DNA of 64,000 nucleotides from Candidatus Berkelbacteria bacterium (GTDB taxonomy: Bacteria > Patescibacteriota > UBA1384 > DTJR01). Under the pieces are notes generated by a model. The model ran no database searches and was not told the DNA's origin. It saw only the letters and a program-made list of their open reading frames with translations. The stretch is from NCBI GenBank assembly GCA_029865605.1, contig JAOUGE010000004.1, positions 2,562 through 66,561 on the forward strand, read 5' to 3'. The position numbers and the translations under genes were made by a program. Positions 37,520 to 46,407 of the stretch are shown here, in pieces (position 1 is the stretch's first letter; each line of letters begins with the position of its first letter).

Positions 37520-38484
37520 CTACCCAACAAATCTTCGATCTAGCTATTCAAGTTGGCATAAAAAACGATCCCCGCGGCAAAGCGGAGGTTGCTCGGGTTT
37601 TGAAGAAAAATCGCCGGGATTTTCGGGAGTTATCGAAGAAGAAGCAGGCCGAATATGATAAAGAGAAATTTGTCAACCCTTATTCTGACTCGAGATTTTT
37701 ATCTGGTGACAAAAACAAGAAGGTGAAGAGAGTTTTGGTTGGGATTGACATTGATTCGGCGGAGGTAATTTTAGCTAAGGAACTGGAGCGATCCGGTAAA
37801 CCGATCGACTTGATAATTGCTCACCACCCTGAAGGCGCGGCGCTGGCTGATTTGCACGAAGTTATGGATATCCAGACAGCCGTTTTGGCTCGCGCCGGCG
37901 TGCCGGAAAATATCGGCGAGGGGGTTCTGAAAGAGCGACTTGAACAGGTTTGGCGCTCAATCTCTTCCGCTAATCACTATCAAGCAGTTGATGTGGCAAA
38001 GATTTTGGGTATCCCGATGATTAATGTCCATACCCCGGCCGACAACTGTGTTTGGAAATTTGTTGATGATTATATTTCAAAAAAGAAGCCAAAAACCCTG
38101 GGCGAAATTATTGATATTCTTAAAGAAATCCCGGAGTACAAAAAAGCAACTGAACTTCATGCCGGACCGGGAATTTTTGCAGGGAGCGAAAAATCACGCG
38201 CTGGTAAGATTGTTGTTACCGGTATGACCGGCGGTACCTCTGGAAGCGAAAAGATTTATGAAAGAATGAGCCACTATGGCATCGGCACGGAAATCGCGAT
38301 GCATATTCGCGAGGAAGACCGCGATGAGGCGATTAAGCACTACATCAATGTTGTCATCGCCGGCCATATTGCTTCCGATTCATTAGGTTTGAATATTTTT
38401 GTGGACGAGCTGGAAAAGAAGGGAGTTGAAATTGTTCCATGCTCGGGATACATTAGATACTCGCGCACAAAGGCGCGTTCGTAA
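37516..38484 (+). CDS. NIF3-family (YqfO-like) dinuclear metal-binding protein
   Basis: [17 protein letters not shown] and C-terminal [12 protein letters not shown] motifs, as in NIF3. Confidence 0.55.
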   Translation: MTTQQIFDLAIQVGIKNDPRGKAEVARVLKKNRRDFRELSKKKQAEYDKEKFVNPYSDSRFLSGDKNKKVKRVLVGIDIDSAEVILAKELERSGKPIDLIIAHHPEGAALADLHEVMDIQTAVLARAGVPENIGEGVLKERLEQVWRSISSANHYQAVDVAKILGIPMINVHTPADNCVWKFVDDYISKKKPKTLGEIIDILKEIPEYKKATELHAGPGIFAGSEKSRAGKIVVTGMTGGTSGSEKIYERMSHYGIGTEIAMHIREEDRDEAIKHYINVVIAGHIASDSLGLNIFVDELEKKGVEIVPCSGYIRYSRTKARS

Positions 38485-38516
38485 TTTCTAAAAGCACTTT
38501 GGACTAAATAAATGGA

Positions 38517-38556
38517 GAAAGGGCGGTCGCGTTTGACGCGACCGCCCGGGTTTGTT
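38517..38556. terminator. bidirectional intrinsic terminator
   Basis: GGGCGGTCGCG-tttga-CGCGACCGCCC perfect 11-bp stem followed by GGGTTTGTTGTG, between the convergent genes at 37516 (+) and 38611 (-). Confidence 0.6.
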
Positions 38557-38610
38557 GTGGGCGGGCAAGCCGCCCACGGACCGCCCATAGCAGGGCAAGG
38601 ACTTCACCTC

Positions 38611-39345
38611 CTACAAGCTAAACGGGTGGATGATGGGCAGAGACTCACCAACGAGAGAGTACATCCTGTCCTTGACCAGCGGGGCATTCTGCTCCGACTG
38701 GATGAGGATAGCATTGGGGAAAAGTTCGCTGAGGGCTTTCCCTTCGTAGGCGTACTGGACGACCTTGCTCTGCGCGTGTTTTCTGGGATCTTGGCGAATA
38801 AGGCGGGTCAACCTGATCGCACTCTGCCGATACTCGCGGGCAAGACGTTCTGTCTCTGCGAGGCGTGAAGCGTGCGCAGCGAAGCTCTCGAAATCGATTG
38901 CTGAGCGCGCCTCGAGATCCGACCAGAGGACAGACTGCCAGTTGGCAGGTAACTCCTTTTGCCCATCTGCTATCATCATTCGCCAGAGTTCGGTAACTTC
39001 TTCCTGGTCTGTCTGCCAACCCCAGCTTCGAAGCGGCTCGAGATCCGGGACGATGATTGTGAGCCGAACCGGGATGACCCGTTCGATCTGTCCGAGCAAC
39101 TTCTTGGCCTGTCCTCCAAAGCGTTCGACAAAAACTGTCTTTCCGAGATCGAGTTCGACCTCTTCTCTATCCCTTGCAGCTTTGGGGCAGGAAAAGGTTA
39201 TGAACTCGATCTGAGATTTGCCTAGTGCTTGGCAGAGTCTGCTAAGACCGACTATCTCACCAACTTCGTGAGCTTCGATGATATCAAAAGCAGCGCGGGC
39301 TGTTGCTGAGAGCGCCTTAAGCGCTTTTCTCTCTTTGTTTCGCAC
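38611..39345 (-). CDS. hypothetical protein
   Basis: 244-aa ORF, moderately GC-rich, no recognised family. Confidence 0.4.
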   Translation of the reverse strand: MRNKERKALKALSATARAAFDIIEAHEVGEIVGLSRLCQALGKSQIEFITFSCPKAARDREEVELDLGKTVFVERFGGQAKKLLGQIERVIPVRLTIIVPDLEPLRSWGWQTDQEEVTELWRMMIADGQKELPANWQSVLWSDLEARSAIDFESFAAHASRLAETERLAREYRQSAIRLTRLIRQDPRKHAQSKVVQYAYEGKALSELFPNAILIQSEQNAPLVKDRMYSLVGESLPIIHPFSL

Positions 39346-39408
39346 AAAATCACCCCTTTCTCTTCCCGTGTCCGGGAAGAGGCTAGGCTAAATAATTAGA
39401 GATCAAAT

Positions 39409-39738
39409 TTAACGCAGGGCTCTTCCCGAGGAAGATTTTGTCCTGCGGTGATGACAAGCCATTCTTTCTAAAATCAATTTATAGCCGTTCATGCCGCGAT
39501 TGAGCCATTTTGAGACGCGGGCGACGGTCGTTGAGGATAGGCCCGTTTCCTTCTCAATTTGAGAGTAGGGGATCCTGTCGTTAAGCATCTGTGCTGCCTG
39601 CCAACGTTTTGAAAATTCAATTATTTCCTCTTCCGTTAGGAGGTCGCGGAAAAATTTTTTTGCCTCATTCAAAGTCTGCAGTTTCAAAACTGCTTTGAAG
39701 AGCCCTCTCGATTTTTGATTATCCCAATTCTTTTTCAT
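39409..39738 (-). CDS. TrpR-like DNA-binding protein, YerC/YecD family
   Basis: LLTEEEIIEFSKRWQAAQML...SQIEKETGLSSTTVARVSKWLNRGMNGYKLIL matches the YerC/YecD Trp-repressor-like fold. Confidence 0.65.
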   Translation of the reverse strand: MKKNWDNQKSRGLFKAVLKLQTLNEAKKFFRDLLTEEEIIEFSKRWQAAQMLNDRIPYSQIEKETGLSSTTVARVSKWLNRGMNGYKLILERMACHHRRTKSSSGRALR

Positions 39739-39899
39739 TGTTTACCCAACTAAAGTGCTTTACTATACTAAAGTATCATTCCATAGGGATTCTGTCAATC
39801 CCTCATTTTTTTCTCTCTAAAAGATTTCGAATCGAAAATTCACAGTGAGATTTACAGGCTTGAAAGAATGTACTACAATCTTTCTAGTCCCTGAGGGAG

Positions 39900-40109
39900 G
39901 TGATGCGAGCTGTGGCGTGCAAGTACCTTCGTGATCCCGGGAAGAGTAAGATCTACACCTGTGTTGTCTGTGGTTCGGTGGTCGTGGAGCCGGGCCGTAA
40001 CTGCGGCCCGGGTCTATGTCTAGACTACGAGGACGAGGCCAAGCTGCGTGGCGGTTGCCGCCCAAAAGAAGAATCCCCGAAGGGGGACAGGGACGAACCT
40101 AGGGGTTAG
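39900..40109 (+). CDS. small GC-rich Cys-containing protein (possible zinc-ribbon), hypothetical
   Basis: Strong RBS GGAGGTG immediately upstream; CVVCG...CGPGLC...GGC; lies in a 60%+ GC island. Confidence 0.3.
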   Translation: MMRAVACKYLRDPGKSKIYTCVVCGSVVVEPGRNCGPGLCLDYEDEAKLRGGCRPKEESPKGDRDEPRG

Positions 40110-40153
40110 CCAAACGAAGCGCTAGCCCCTATTGACTTGAAAAGCGGTATAAT

Positions 40154-41023
40154 TTGTTTAGTATGAGAAACTGCTTTTTGGTCTTTTGCAGCTTAATTTT
40201 TGTCTTATTAGTCGGGCCCTTTTTACTGACCCTGAATTTAAGCCGGACTATTGCTTCACCTGATTATGTTAAACGGTCAATCAACGGGGCTGATCTCTAT
40301 CAGAAAATCGTCAGCGTCGATTCAAAAGAATTAGCCGATTTTTTTAGCGGTGGGAATCCAAATGCAGACGCACCCCCGCCGGAATTTATCGACCAGCTTA
40401 AAAAAGCGATTGGTCAGGAAGATATCAAGCAGGCGTTCGAGAAGAATTTTGATGGGGCGGTTACGGCCCTTAAGGAGGGCAAGAGCGAATATTCGATAGA
40501 CATCAGTAATTTAAAAACCAGGCTTGTTAGGGGGGCAGACTCACCAGAGCTTTCTCAATATTTTGGCCAAATCAAAGAGAAATTTCCGGTTCATTTCCCC
40601 GATTTTATTGTTTCGTTTGCTAAAGCGATCAAATATTCTTCGCTGATCATCCTAATCGTAGGGTTGTTTCTTTGTCTACTTTTGGCCTCATCAATTCTTC
40701 TGGCAAGAGGCGCAAGATCAAAAGTGCGCACGGCAAGCCTGCTCTTTCTTATTACAGCAATCGTTGCGACTATTCCCGCCGTCTTAGGTTATGTTATTGA
40801 TGTGCCTCTTCCCAATCTTGGGTTGCCGCAGTCGATTTTTCAGGCTATTAGCGATGTTCTTAATAATCTTAAGGACGGTCTCGCTCGGCTTTTTGCTCTA
40901 GAAGCGGCCATTTTCGCCGTCTTGGCAGTGGTTCTTTTTATAATCGGATTTTTTGTCCCTCGGGCAAAGCTGAGTCCTTCTGGAGCAACGACAGCTCCGG
41001 TCCAGCCGCCAGATCAAAAATAG
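40154..41023 (+). CDS. hypothetical membrane protein
   Basis: 289 aa with N-terminal TM helix and three C-terminal TM helices. Confidence 0.45.
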   Translation: MFSMRNCFLVFCSLIFVLLVGPFLLTLNLSRTIASPDYVKRSINGADLYQKIVSVDSKELADFFSGGNPNADAPPPEFIDQLKKAIGQEDIKQAFEKNFDGAVTALKEGKSEYSIDISNLKTRLVRGADSPELSQYFGQIKEKFPVHFPDFIVSFAKAIKYSSLIILIVGLFLCLLLASSILLARGARSKVRTASLLFLITAIVATIPAVLGYVIDVPLPNLGLPQSIFQAISDVLNNLKDGLARLFALEAAIFAVLAVVLFIIGFFVPRAKLSPSGATTAPVQPPDQK

Positions 41024-41027
41024 TTCT

Positions 41028-41303
41028 ATGAAAAAAGCAATAGTGATTAAAATAACTGGACAAGTTCAAGGGGTTGGTTTCCGCTGGAGTGCAAAAAATA
41101 AGGCAGATGATCTGAAAATATTTGGCTATGCTAAAAATGAGCCAGGCGGCAGAGTCTTGATCGAAGTCGAGGGTGAAACTACTGCTGTTGATAAGTTCGT
41201 TGATTGGTGCAAGAACGGACCGGATTCTGCCCAAGTGGAGCAGCTCGATATTGAAAACACAGAGCCTAAAGGTCATCGGAGTTTTGAGATTGTTCTAAAT
41301 TAG
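41028..41303 (+). CDS. acyP: acylphosphatase
   Basis: VxGxVQGVGFR signature (ITGQVQGVGFRWSA) and GxAxN (GYAKNEPGG); 91 aa. Confidence 0.8.
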   Translation: MKKAIVIKITGQVQGVGFRWSAKNKADDLKIFGYAKNEPGGRVLIEVEGETTAVDKFVDWCKNGPDSAQVEQLDIENTEPKGHRSFEIVLN

Positions 41304-41320
41304 AATATACTCAACCTACT

Positions 41321-42574
41321 ATGACCGGCAAATTTTTAGGATTTCCCAGAGGTTTTCTTTGGGGGGCCAGCGTGTCCTCTCATCAGATAGAAGGGGGCTT
41401 GATTAATAACTGGAGCAGATGGGAGATCGAAAACGCGGGGAAGCTAGCTAAAGATGCCCGGAATTCCCCCTGGCCGAGGGAGGGGGTTTTAAAAAAAGAG
41501 GCCCGAAATCCTCCTAACTATATTTCGGGTTTAGCTTGCGACCATTATAATCTATTTAAGAGTGATTTTAATATTGCCGAAAAATTAGGTTTTAACGCCT
41601 TTCGCTTTTCGATTGATTGGTCAAGGATTGAACCCGAGGAAGGCAAGTTCGACCAGAAGGGACTCGACTTTTACCTAAGATATGTTAAAGAACTTATCGC
41701 AAGAGAAATTGAGCCCTTTGTTACTCTTTGGCATTGGCCGATCCCTCTCTGGCTTGAGAAAAAAGGCGGCTTGGAGTCAAAGGACTTTACTCTCTATTTT
41801 GTGAGGTACGCCTCTAAGCTGGCAAGATTGTTTAAAAATAAGGTGATATATATTCAGACCGTTAACGAACCGGAAATATTTACTTCGCAGTCCTATTTGC
41901 TGGGGAGATGGCCACCTGGCAGAAAAAATCCGTTTTCGTATTTGAAGGTGCTTAAGGTTTTAAGCGAAACACATAAAAAATCTTATCTTGCCGTTAAGAA
42001 AGTCTCAAAGAAATTTCAAGTTGGAATAGCTAAAAACAATGCCTATTTTGAGGCCTATAAAAATCGGCCCCAAAACAAATTTTTAAAACTCTTTGCTAAA
42101 TGGTGGTGGAACGATTATTTCTTGAATTCAATTAAGGATTATCAAGACTTTATCGGCCTTAATCATTATTTTCATTATCGGATTGATGATGGAGTTATTA
42201 GTCCCGGGGAAAAGAGGGTCCACTCCGATATTGGATGGGAGCTCTATCCTTCCTCAATTTATTTTGTTTTAAAGGATTTATTGAAATATAAAAAACCTGT
42301 CTTCATCACTGAAAACGGCTTAGCAGACTACAAGGATAAGTATCGGGGCTGGTATATCAAGGAGATTTTAAAGAACGTTTACCGGGCGGTATCGGAGGGC
42401 GTTGACGTTAAGGGCTACTTTCACTGGTCTCTTCTTGATAATTTTGAGTGGGCCGAAGGCTTCTGGCCAAGGTTTGGCTTGGTCGAGGTTGATTACGGGA
42501 CACAGAAGAGGAAAATTAGGAAGAGCGCATTTGAATATTCGAGGGTTATTCGAAATAATGGGCTAGATGATTAA
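41321..42574 (+). CDS. glycoside hydrolase family 1 beta-glucosidase
   Basis: FLWGASVSSHQIEGG, NEP acid/base and ITENG nucleophile motifs. Confidence 0.85.
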   Translation: MTGKFLGFPRGFLWGASVSSHQIEGGLINNWSRWEIENAGKLAKDARNSPWPREGVLKKEARNPPNYISGLACDHYNLFKSDFNIAEKLGFNAFRFSIDWSRIEPEEGKFDQKGLDFYLRYVKELIAREIEPFVTLWHWPIPLWLEKKGGLESKDFTLYFVRYASKLARLFKNKVIYIQTVNEPEIFTSQSYLLGRWPPGRKNPFSYLKVLKVLSETHKKSYLAVKKVSKKFQVGIAKNNAYFEAYKNRPQNKFLKLFAKWWWNDYFLNSIKDYQDFIGLNHYFHYRIDDGVISPGEKRVHSDIGWELYPSSIYFVLKDLLKYKKPVFITENGLADYKDKYRGWYIKEILKNVYRAVSEGVDVKGYFHWSLLDNFEWAEGFWPRFGLVEVDYGTQKRKIRKSAFEYSRVIRNNGLDD

Positions 42575-43061
42575 AGCTTCGCATCGGATTGGCATAGGTT
42601 TCGGGACGACTTCGGGAGTAATAACGACCCTGGGAGTTATTGTCGGTCTTAATTCAGCTTTAGACTCAAGATTTTTAGTAGTCGGCGGAATAATAACCAT
42701 TGCAGTTGCCGATGCTTTTTCTGACGCTCTGGCTATTCATGTTTCTCAAGAGACAGAGGAGTCGAAGTCATCTTCCGAGATTTGGGAATCAGCTCTGGCT
42801 ACTTTTTTTACTAAATTAGTCTTGGCTTTGTCTTTCTTAATCCCTGTTTTTATTTTTTCCTCGGTCGGAGCAATTTGGGCTAGTCTCATATGGGGTCTAT
42901 TAATAATTTGCCTCATGAGTTTTTTTATAGCAAGACATCGTCGGGTGTCTCCACTTAGGGTAATTCTTGAGCACCTTGCAATTTCAATTGTGGTGGTAAT
43001 AATTGCTAGATTTGTTGGAGTTATGGTCAGTAGCTACTTGGTTTCTCCCTACTCAATATAG
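42567..43061 (+). CDS. VIT1/CCC1-like membrane protein (short)
   Basis: Hydrophobic 164-aa ORF; the GIITIAVADAFSDALAIHVSQE segment resembles a VIT-family helix. Confidence 0.35.
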   Translation: MIKASHRIGIGFGTTSGVITTLGVIVGLNSALDSRFLVVGGIITIAVADAFSDALAIHVSQETEESKSSSEIWESALATFFTKLVLALSFLIPVFIFSSVGAIWASLIWGLLIICLMSFFIARHRRVSPLRVILEHLAISIVVVIIARFVGVMVSSYLVSPYSI

Positions 43062-43086
43062 GCCCGAAAAACCCTCAAGACAGGTG

Positions 43087-43115
43087 TTGACAATAACCTA
43101 ATCCTATAGTATTGT
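43087..43115 (+). promoter_or_regulatory. candidate sigma70 promoter of the rRNA transcription unit
   Basis: TTGACA-17-TATTGT about 260 nt upstream of the 16S; a boxA-like GCTCTTTGTTTT element lies at ~43194. Confidence 0.4.
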
Positions 43116-43296
43116 CCTATCTGGAGGCTAATTGCATTTAAGTATTTGACATAAACAGGACAAGACATGAAGCAGGCAGTCCAGCTTTCTGCTGGGCTCT
43201 TTGTTTTAGAGCCCGTAACTTGACAATTAGAATCAGTGTGGGATATGCAGCCAAGGACTCATTTCTAAGTCCCAATCTCACATTGAAAATTCTGGT

Positions 43297-43314
43297 TTGA
43301 CAAAACCAGATGAG
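43297..43314 (+). promoter_or_regulatory. 5' strand of 16S precursor processing stem
   Basis: TTGACAAAACCAGATGAG is complementary to 44907-44924 (CTCATCTGGTTTTGTCAG), as expected for an RNase III processing stem. Confidence 0.6.
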
Positions 43315-43371
43315 AACGCCTGGTGAATGGCGTTTAAGAAGTGATTTACAAAAAATATTGAGTCAAATCAA

Positions 43372-44835
43372 TTCTACTAAGAGTTTGATCCTGGCTCAGG
43401 ATGAACGCTAGCGGCGTACCTAAAACATGCAAGTCGCGCGCTTGTAAAAGCGCGGCAAACGGGTGAGTAACGCGTGGGAATCTGCCCCGAACTGGGAAAT
43501 ACCCCGCCGAAAGGTGGGTTAATGTCCCATAGTCTCCGCCTTTGGCGGAGTAAAGCTCCGGCGGTTCGGGAGGAGCCTGCGTCCTATCAGCTTGTTGGTA
43601 GGGTAAAAGCCTACCAAGGCAATGACGGGTAGGGGGTGTGAGAGCATGGCCCCCCACAACGGCACTGAGACACGGGCCGTACACCTACGGGTGGCAGCAG
43701 TTAGGAATAGTACGCAATGGGCGAAAGCCTGACGTCGTGACGCCGCGTGGAGGAAGAAGGCCTCCGGGTTGTAAACTCCTTTTCTGCAGGAAGATTATGA
43801 CTGTACTGCAGGAATAAGCATCGGCTAATTACGTGCCAGAAGCCTCGGTAATACGTGGGATGCGAGCGTTATCCGGAATTATTGGGCGTAAAGAGCGCGT
43901 AGGCGGCCAAGAAAGTCCGACCTTAAAACTAGCGGCTTAACCGCTAAGATGGGTCGGAGACTTTTTGGCTTGAGCATTTGCAGGGGCAAGCGGAATCTGC
44001 GGTGTAGGGGTAAAATCCATTGATATCGCAGAGAACACCAATGGCGAAGGCAGCTTGCTAGGCATTGTCTGACGCTGAGGCGCGAAAGCGTGGGTAGCGA
44101 ACGGGATTAGATACCCCGGTAGTCCACGCCGTAAACTATGCGAACTAGGTATTGGGATAATCGACCGTCCTGGTACCGAAGCTAACGCGTTAAGTTCGCC
44201 GCCTGGGGAGTACGAGCGCAAGCTTAAAACTCAAAGGAATTGGCGGGGGCTCGCACAAGCGGTGGAACATGGGGTTTAATTCGACAGTAAGCGGAGAACC
44301 TCACCAAGGTTTGACATCTACGGAATCCCCGAGAAACCGGGGAGTGCCCGCAAGGGAGCCGTAAGACAGGTGCTGCACGGTCGTCGTCAGCTCGTGGCTT
44401 GAGTTGTTCCGTTAAGTCGGGAAACGAGCGCAACCCCTATCGTCTGTTAAATTTCTCAGGCGAGACTGCCTCGGCAACGGGGAGGAAGGTGGGGATGACG
44501 TCAGATCAGCGTGGCCTTTATACCTTGGGCAACACCCGTGTTACAATGGCCGTTACAGAGGGTCGCAATATCGCGAGATGGAGCTAATCCCCAAAAACGG
44601 TCCAAGTTCGGATTGAAGTCTGCAATTCGACTTCATGAAGCCGGAATCGCTAGTAACCGTGGATCAGCTACGCCACGGTGAATACGTTCTCGAGCCTTGC
44701 ACACACCGCCCGTCAAGGCAGGAAAGCCGGCAATGCCTGAATCCCGCATTTTGCGGGACACGGCAGGGTCGGTGATCAGGCCTAAGTCGTAACAAGGTAT
44801 CCGTAGGGGAATCTGCGGATGGATCACCTCCTTTC
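43372..44835 (+). rRNA. rrs: 16S ribosomal RNA
   Basis: AGAGTTTGATCCTGGCTCAG at 43380; universal blocks GTGCCAGAAGCCTCGGTAATAC, ACGGGCGGTGTGT complement and GTCGTAACAAGGTA; 3' end GGATCACCTCCTTTCT. Confidence 0.95.
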
Positions 44836-44906
44836 TAGGGAGTTAAGCCCCGACCTTGAGTCGGGGAAGATCATGGTTGATCGCACGAACTCCAATTTGT
44901 GCGCTT

Positions 44907-44929
44907 CTCATCTGGTTTTGTCAGACTGG
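44907..44929 (+). promoter_or_regulatory. 3' strand of 16S processing stem; first copy of an 18-nt direct repeat
   Basis: Complementary to 43297-43314. CTGGTTTTGTCAGACTGG (44912-44929) recurs at 45846-45863 with one mismatch. Confidence 0.55.
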
Positions 44930-45028
44930 AGATTGTCCTGTATGATCTAAAGTAGTCGCCGCAAGGCGGTTTTTGTAGTTGGAGTTGGTTTTATGCTATG
45001 ATGGAACTAGATTTAATAAGGAGGATAG

Positions 45029-45844
45029 ATGGGCCCCGAACACTCACAGCACGGTCCTGAAGACATGGGAGTAACTCCACCTTCCCCAGACCCATTTGGC
45101 AGAACGAGAGAGCAAGAGCCAGAGACTTTTGTTAAGGATGAAAATTTGGCTCGGGACATGGCTGATGCCATAGCTCCAGGAATGGATAAAGCCCGTGAGA
45201 TTGAAAAAGCCGGAAGCGATGTCGTAGAAAACCGACAGAGAGTATTGGATGAATATAGCGGGCGGTTTTGGCCTGGTGGGTTGATTGGGCATCACAGTGA
45301 TATTGAATTTCCAGCCGATAATCCTCCGATAAAAAAGCAGGATGTAATTTTCGCCCGCGTCTATTGTGATTTGGCCAGACGTCATGCCGAGGAAATAGTC
45401 TGGGATCAGTCTCTTCCTAGCGATGACAAATACAAGCTCTTAGACGGGATTCAGCCGGGGATGAGTGGAGCCTTGCGAGGTGATCCGGCCGCCACAGATC
45501 TCCAATTTTACGATTCTGTAGCCAAGGGAATGGGAGGAAGGCTGGAGATACACCACGTACCTCAATTGTTGGGAAGGATAATAGGGTTTCTTGCCACGTC
45601 AAAAGCAGTAAATGAACAGACATTGAATACGATGATTGATGCTTTGGGGAGAAGGTACAGTCAGGATCGAGCTGAGGGCAGGGCCAGAGTCTTAGATATA
45701 TTGGCCCCGGAGATCGTCATGATGAGGCAAGTGCCAGAAGGCTTCTTTGCCAGTAAACACGATTTGTATGACAGATTGATGGCAGAAAGCGACCGTAAAC
45801 GGAATCCTCAAACTGGAAGATACGAATTAAAATTGGAAATCTAG
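45029..45844 (+). CDS. hypothetical protein inserted immediately downstream of 16S rRNA
   Basis: 271 aa with strong RBS AAGGAGG; flanked by the 18-nt direct repeats at 44912-44929 and 45846-45863. Confidence 0.5.
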   Translation: MGPEHSQHGPEDMGVTPPSPDPFGRTREQEPETFVKDENLARDMADAIAPGMDKAREIEKAGSDVVENRQRVLDEYSGRFWPGGLIGHHSDIEFPADNPPIKKQDVIFARVYCDLARRHAEEIVWDQSLPSDDKYKLLDGIQPGMSGALRGDPAATDLQFYDSVAKGMGGRLEIHHVPQLLGRIIGFLATSKAVNEQTLNTMIDALGRRYSQDRAEGRARVLDILAPEIVMMRQVPEGFFASKHDLYDRLMAESDRKRNPQTGRYELKLEI

Positions 45845-46064
45845 CCTGGTTTTGTCAGATTGGGAACTATTCTTTTAGCGGCGAACGATTTAGGGATCAC
45901 ACCCGCCTTTTTTTTGATTATTTGGTAAAATGAATGTGTAACCTCTGTGGTTTAGGTAGAGTTTTTGGTTATGAACCACCATTAAAGGAGGGGAGATCGA
46001 GGGAACTACTCAGCCAAAGGTAAAGAAGGACTTCCGCGATTACCCGATCGCTTTTGGGTTTGTT

Positions 46065-46406
46065 TTGTGGTGGCTATATGAAATTCCCCACCTGATTATA
46101 GTTACCACACTTAGAACTAGCAGAAAGCTGTTCTCCTTTTTTTCTATTAACTTGCTCTTTCGCACTTTGTTTCTTCCTTGGAAAAGAGACGAGATTGACA
46201 CGACTAATATGTCTCTTGACGACAAGCTTCAAGTTTGGATTATGAATCTTGTCTCAAGGTTGGCCGGTGCAGTTGTTAGGTCGATTACTATCCTGTTGGG
46301 CCTGTTAGCCGTATCTTTAACCTACGCTCTTGGAGCGGTTTCGCTTATCGGATTTATCGGGTTGCCGGTTTTAGGTGTATTGGTAATTGTTTTAAGTTTA
46401 ATTTAA
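46065..46406 (+). CDS. small membrane protein
   Basis: 113 aa with four hydrophobic segments; its stop lies 1 nt before the next start. Confidence 0.4.
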   Translation: MWWLYEIPHLIIVTTLRTSRKLFSFFSINLLFRTLFLPWKRDEIDTTNMSLDDKLQVWIMNLVSRLAGAVVRSITILLGLLAVSLTYALGAVSLIGFIGLPVLGVLVIVLSLI

Positions 46407-46407
46407 G

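Noticed and set aside
44836-45028. Expectation of a 23S rRNA or spacer tRNAs directly after the 16S
   Set aside because: The downstream sequence is AT-rich spacer followed by a protein-coding ORF, and no 23S-like conserved blocks are present in the window.
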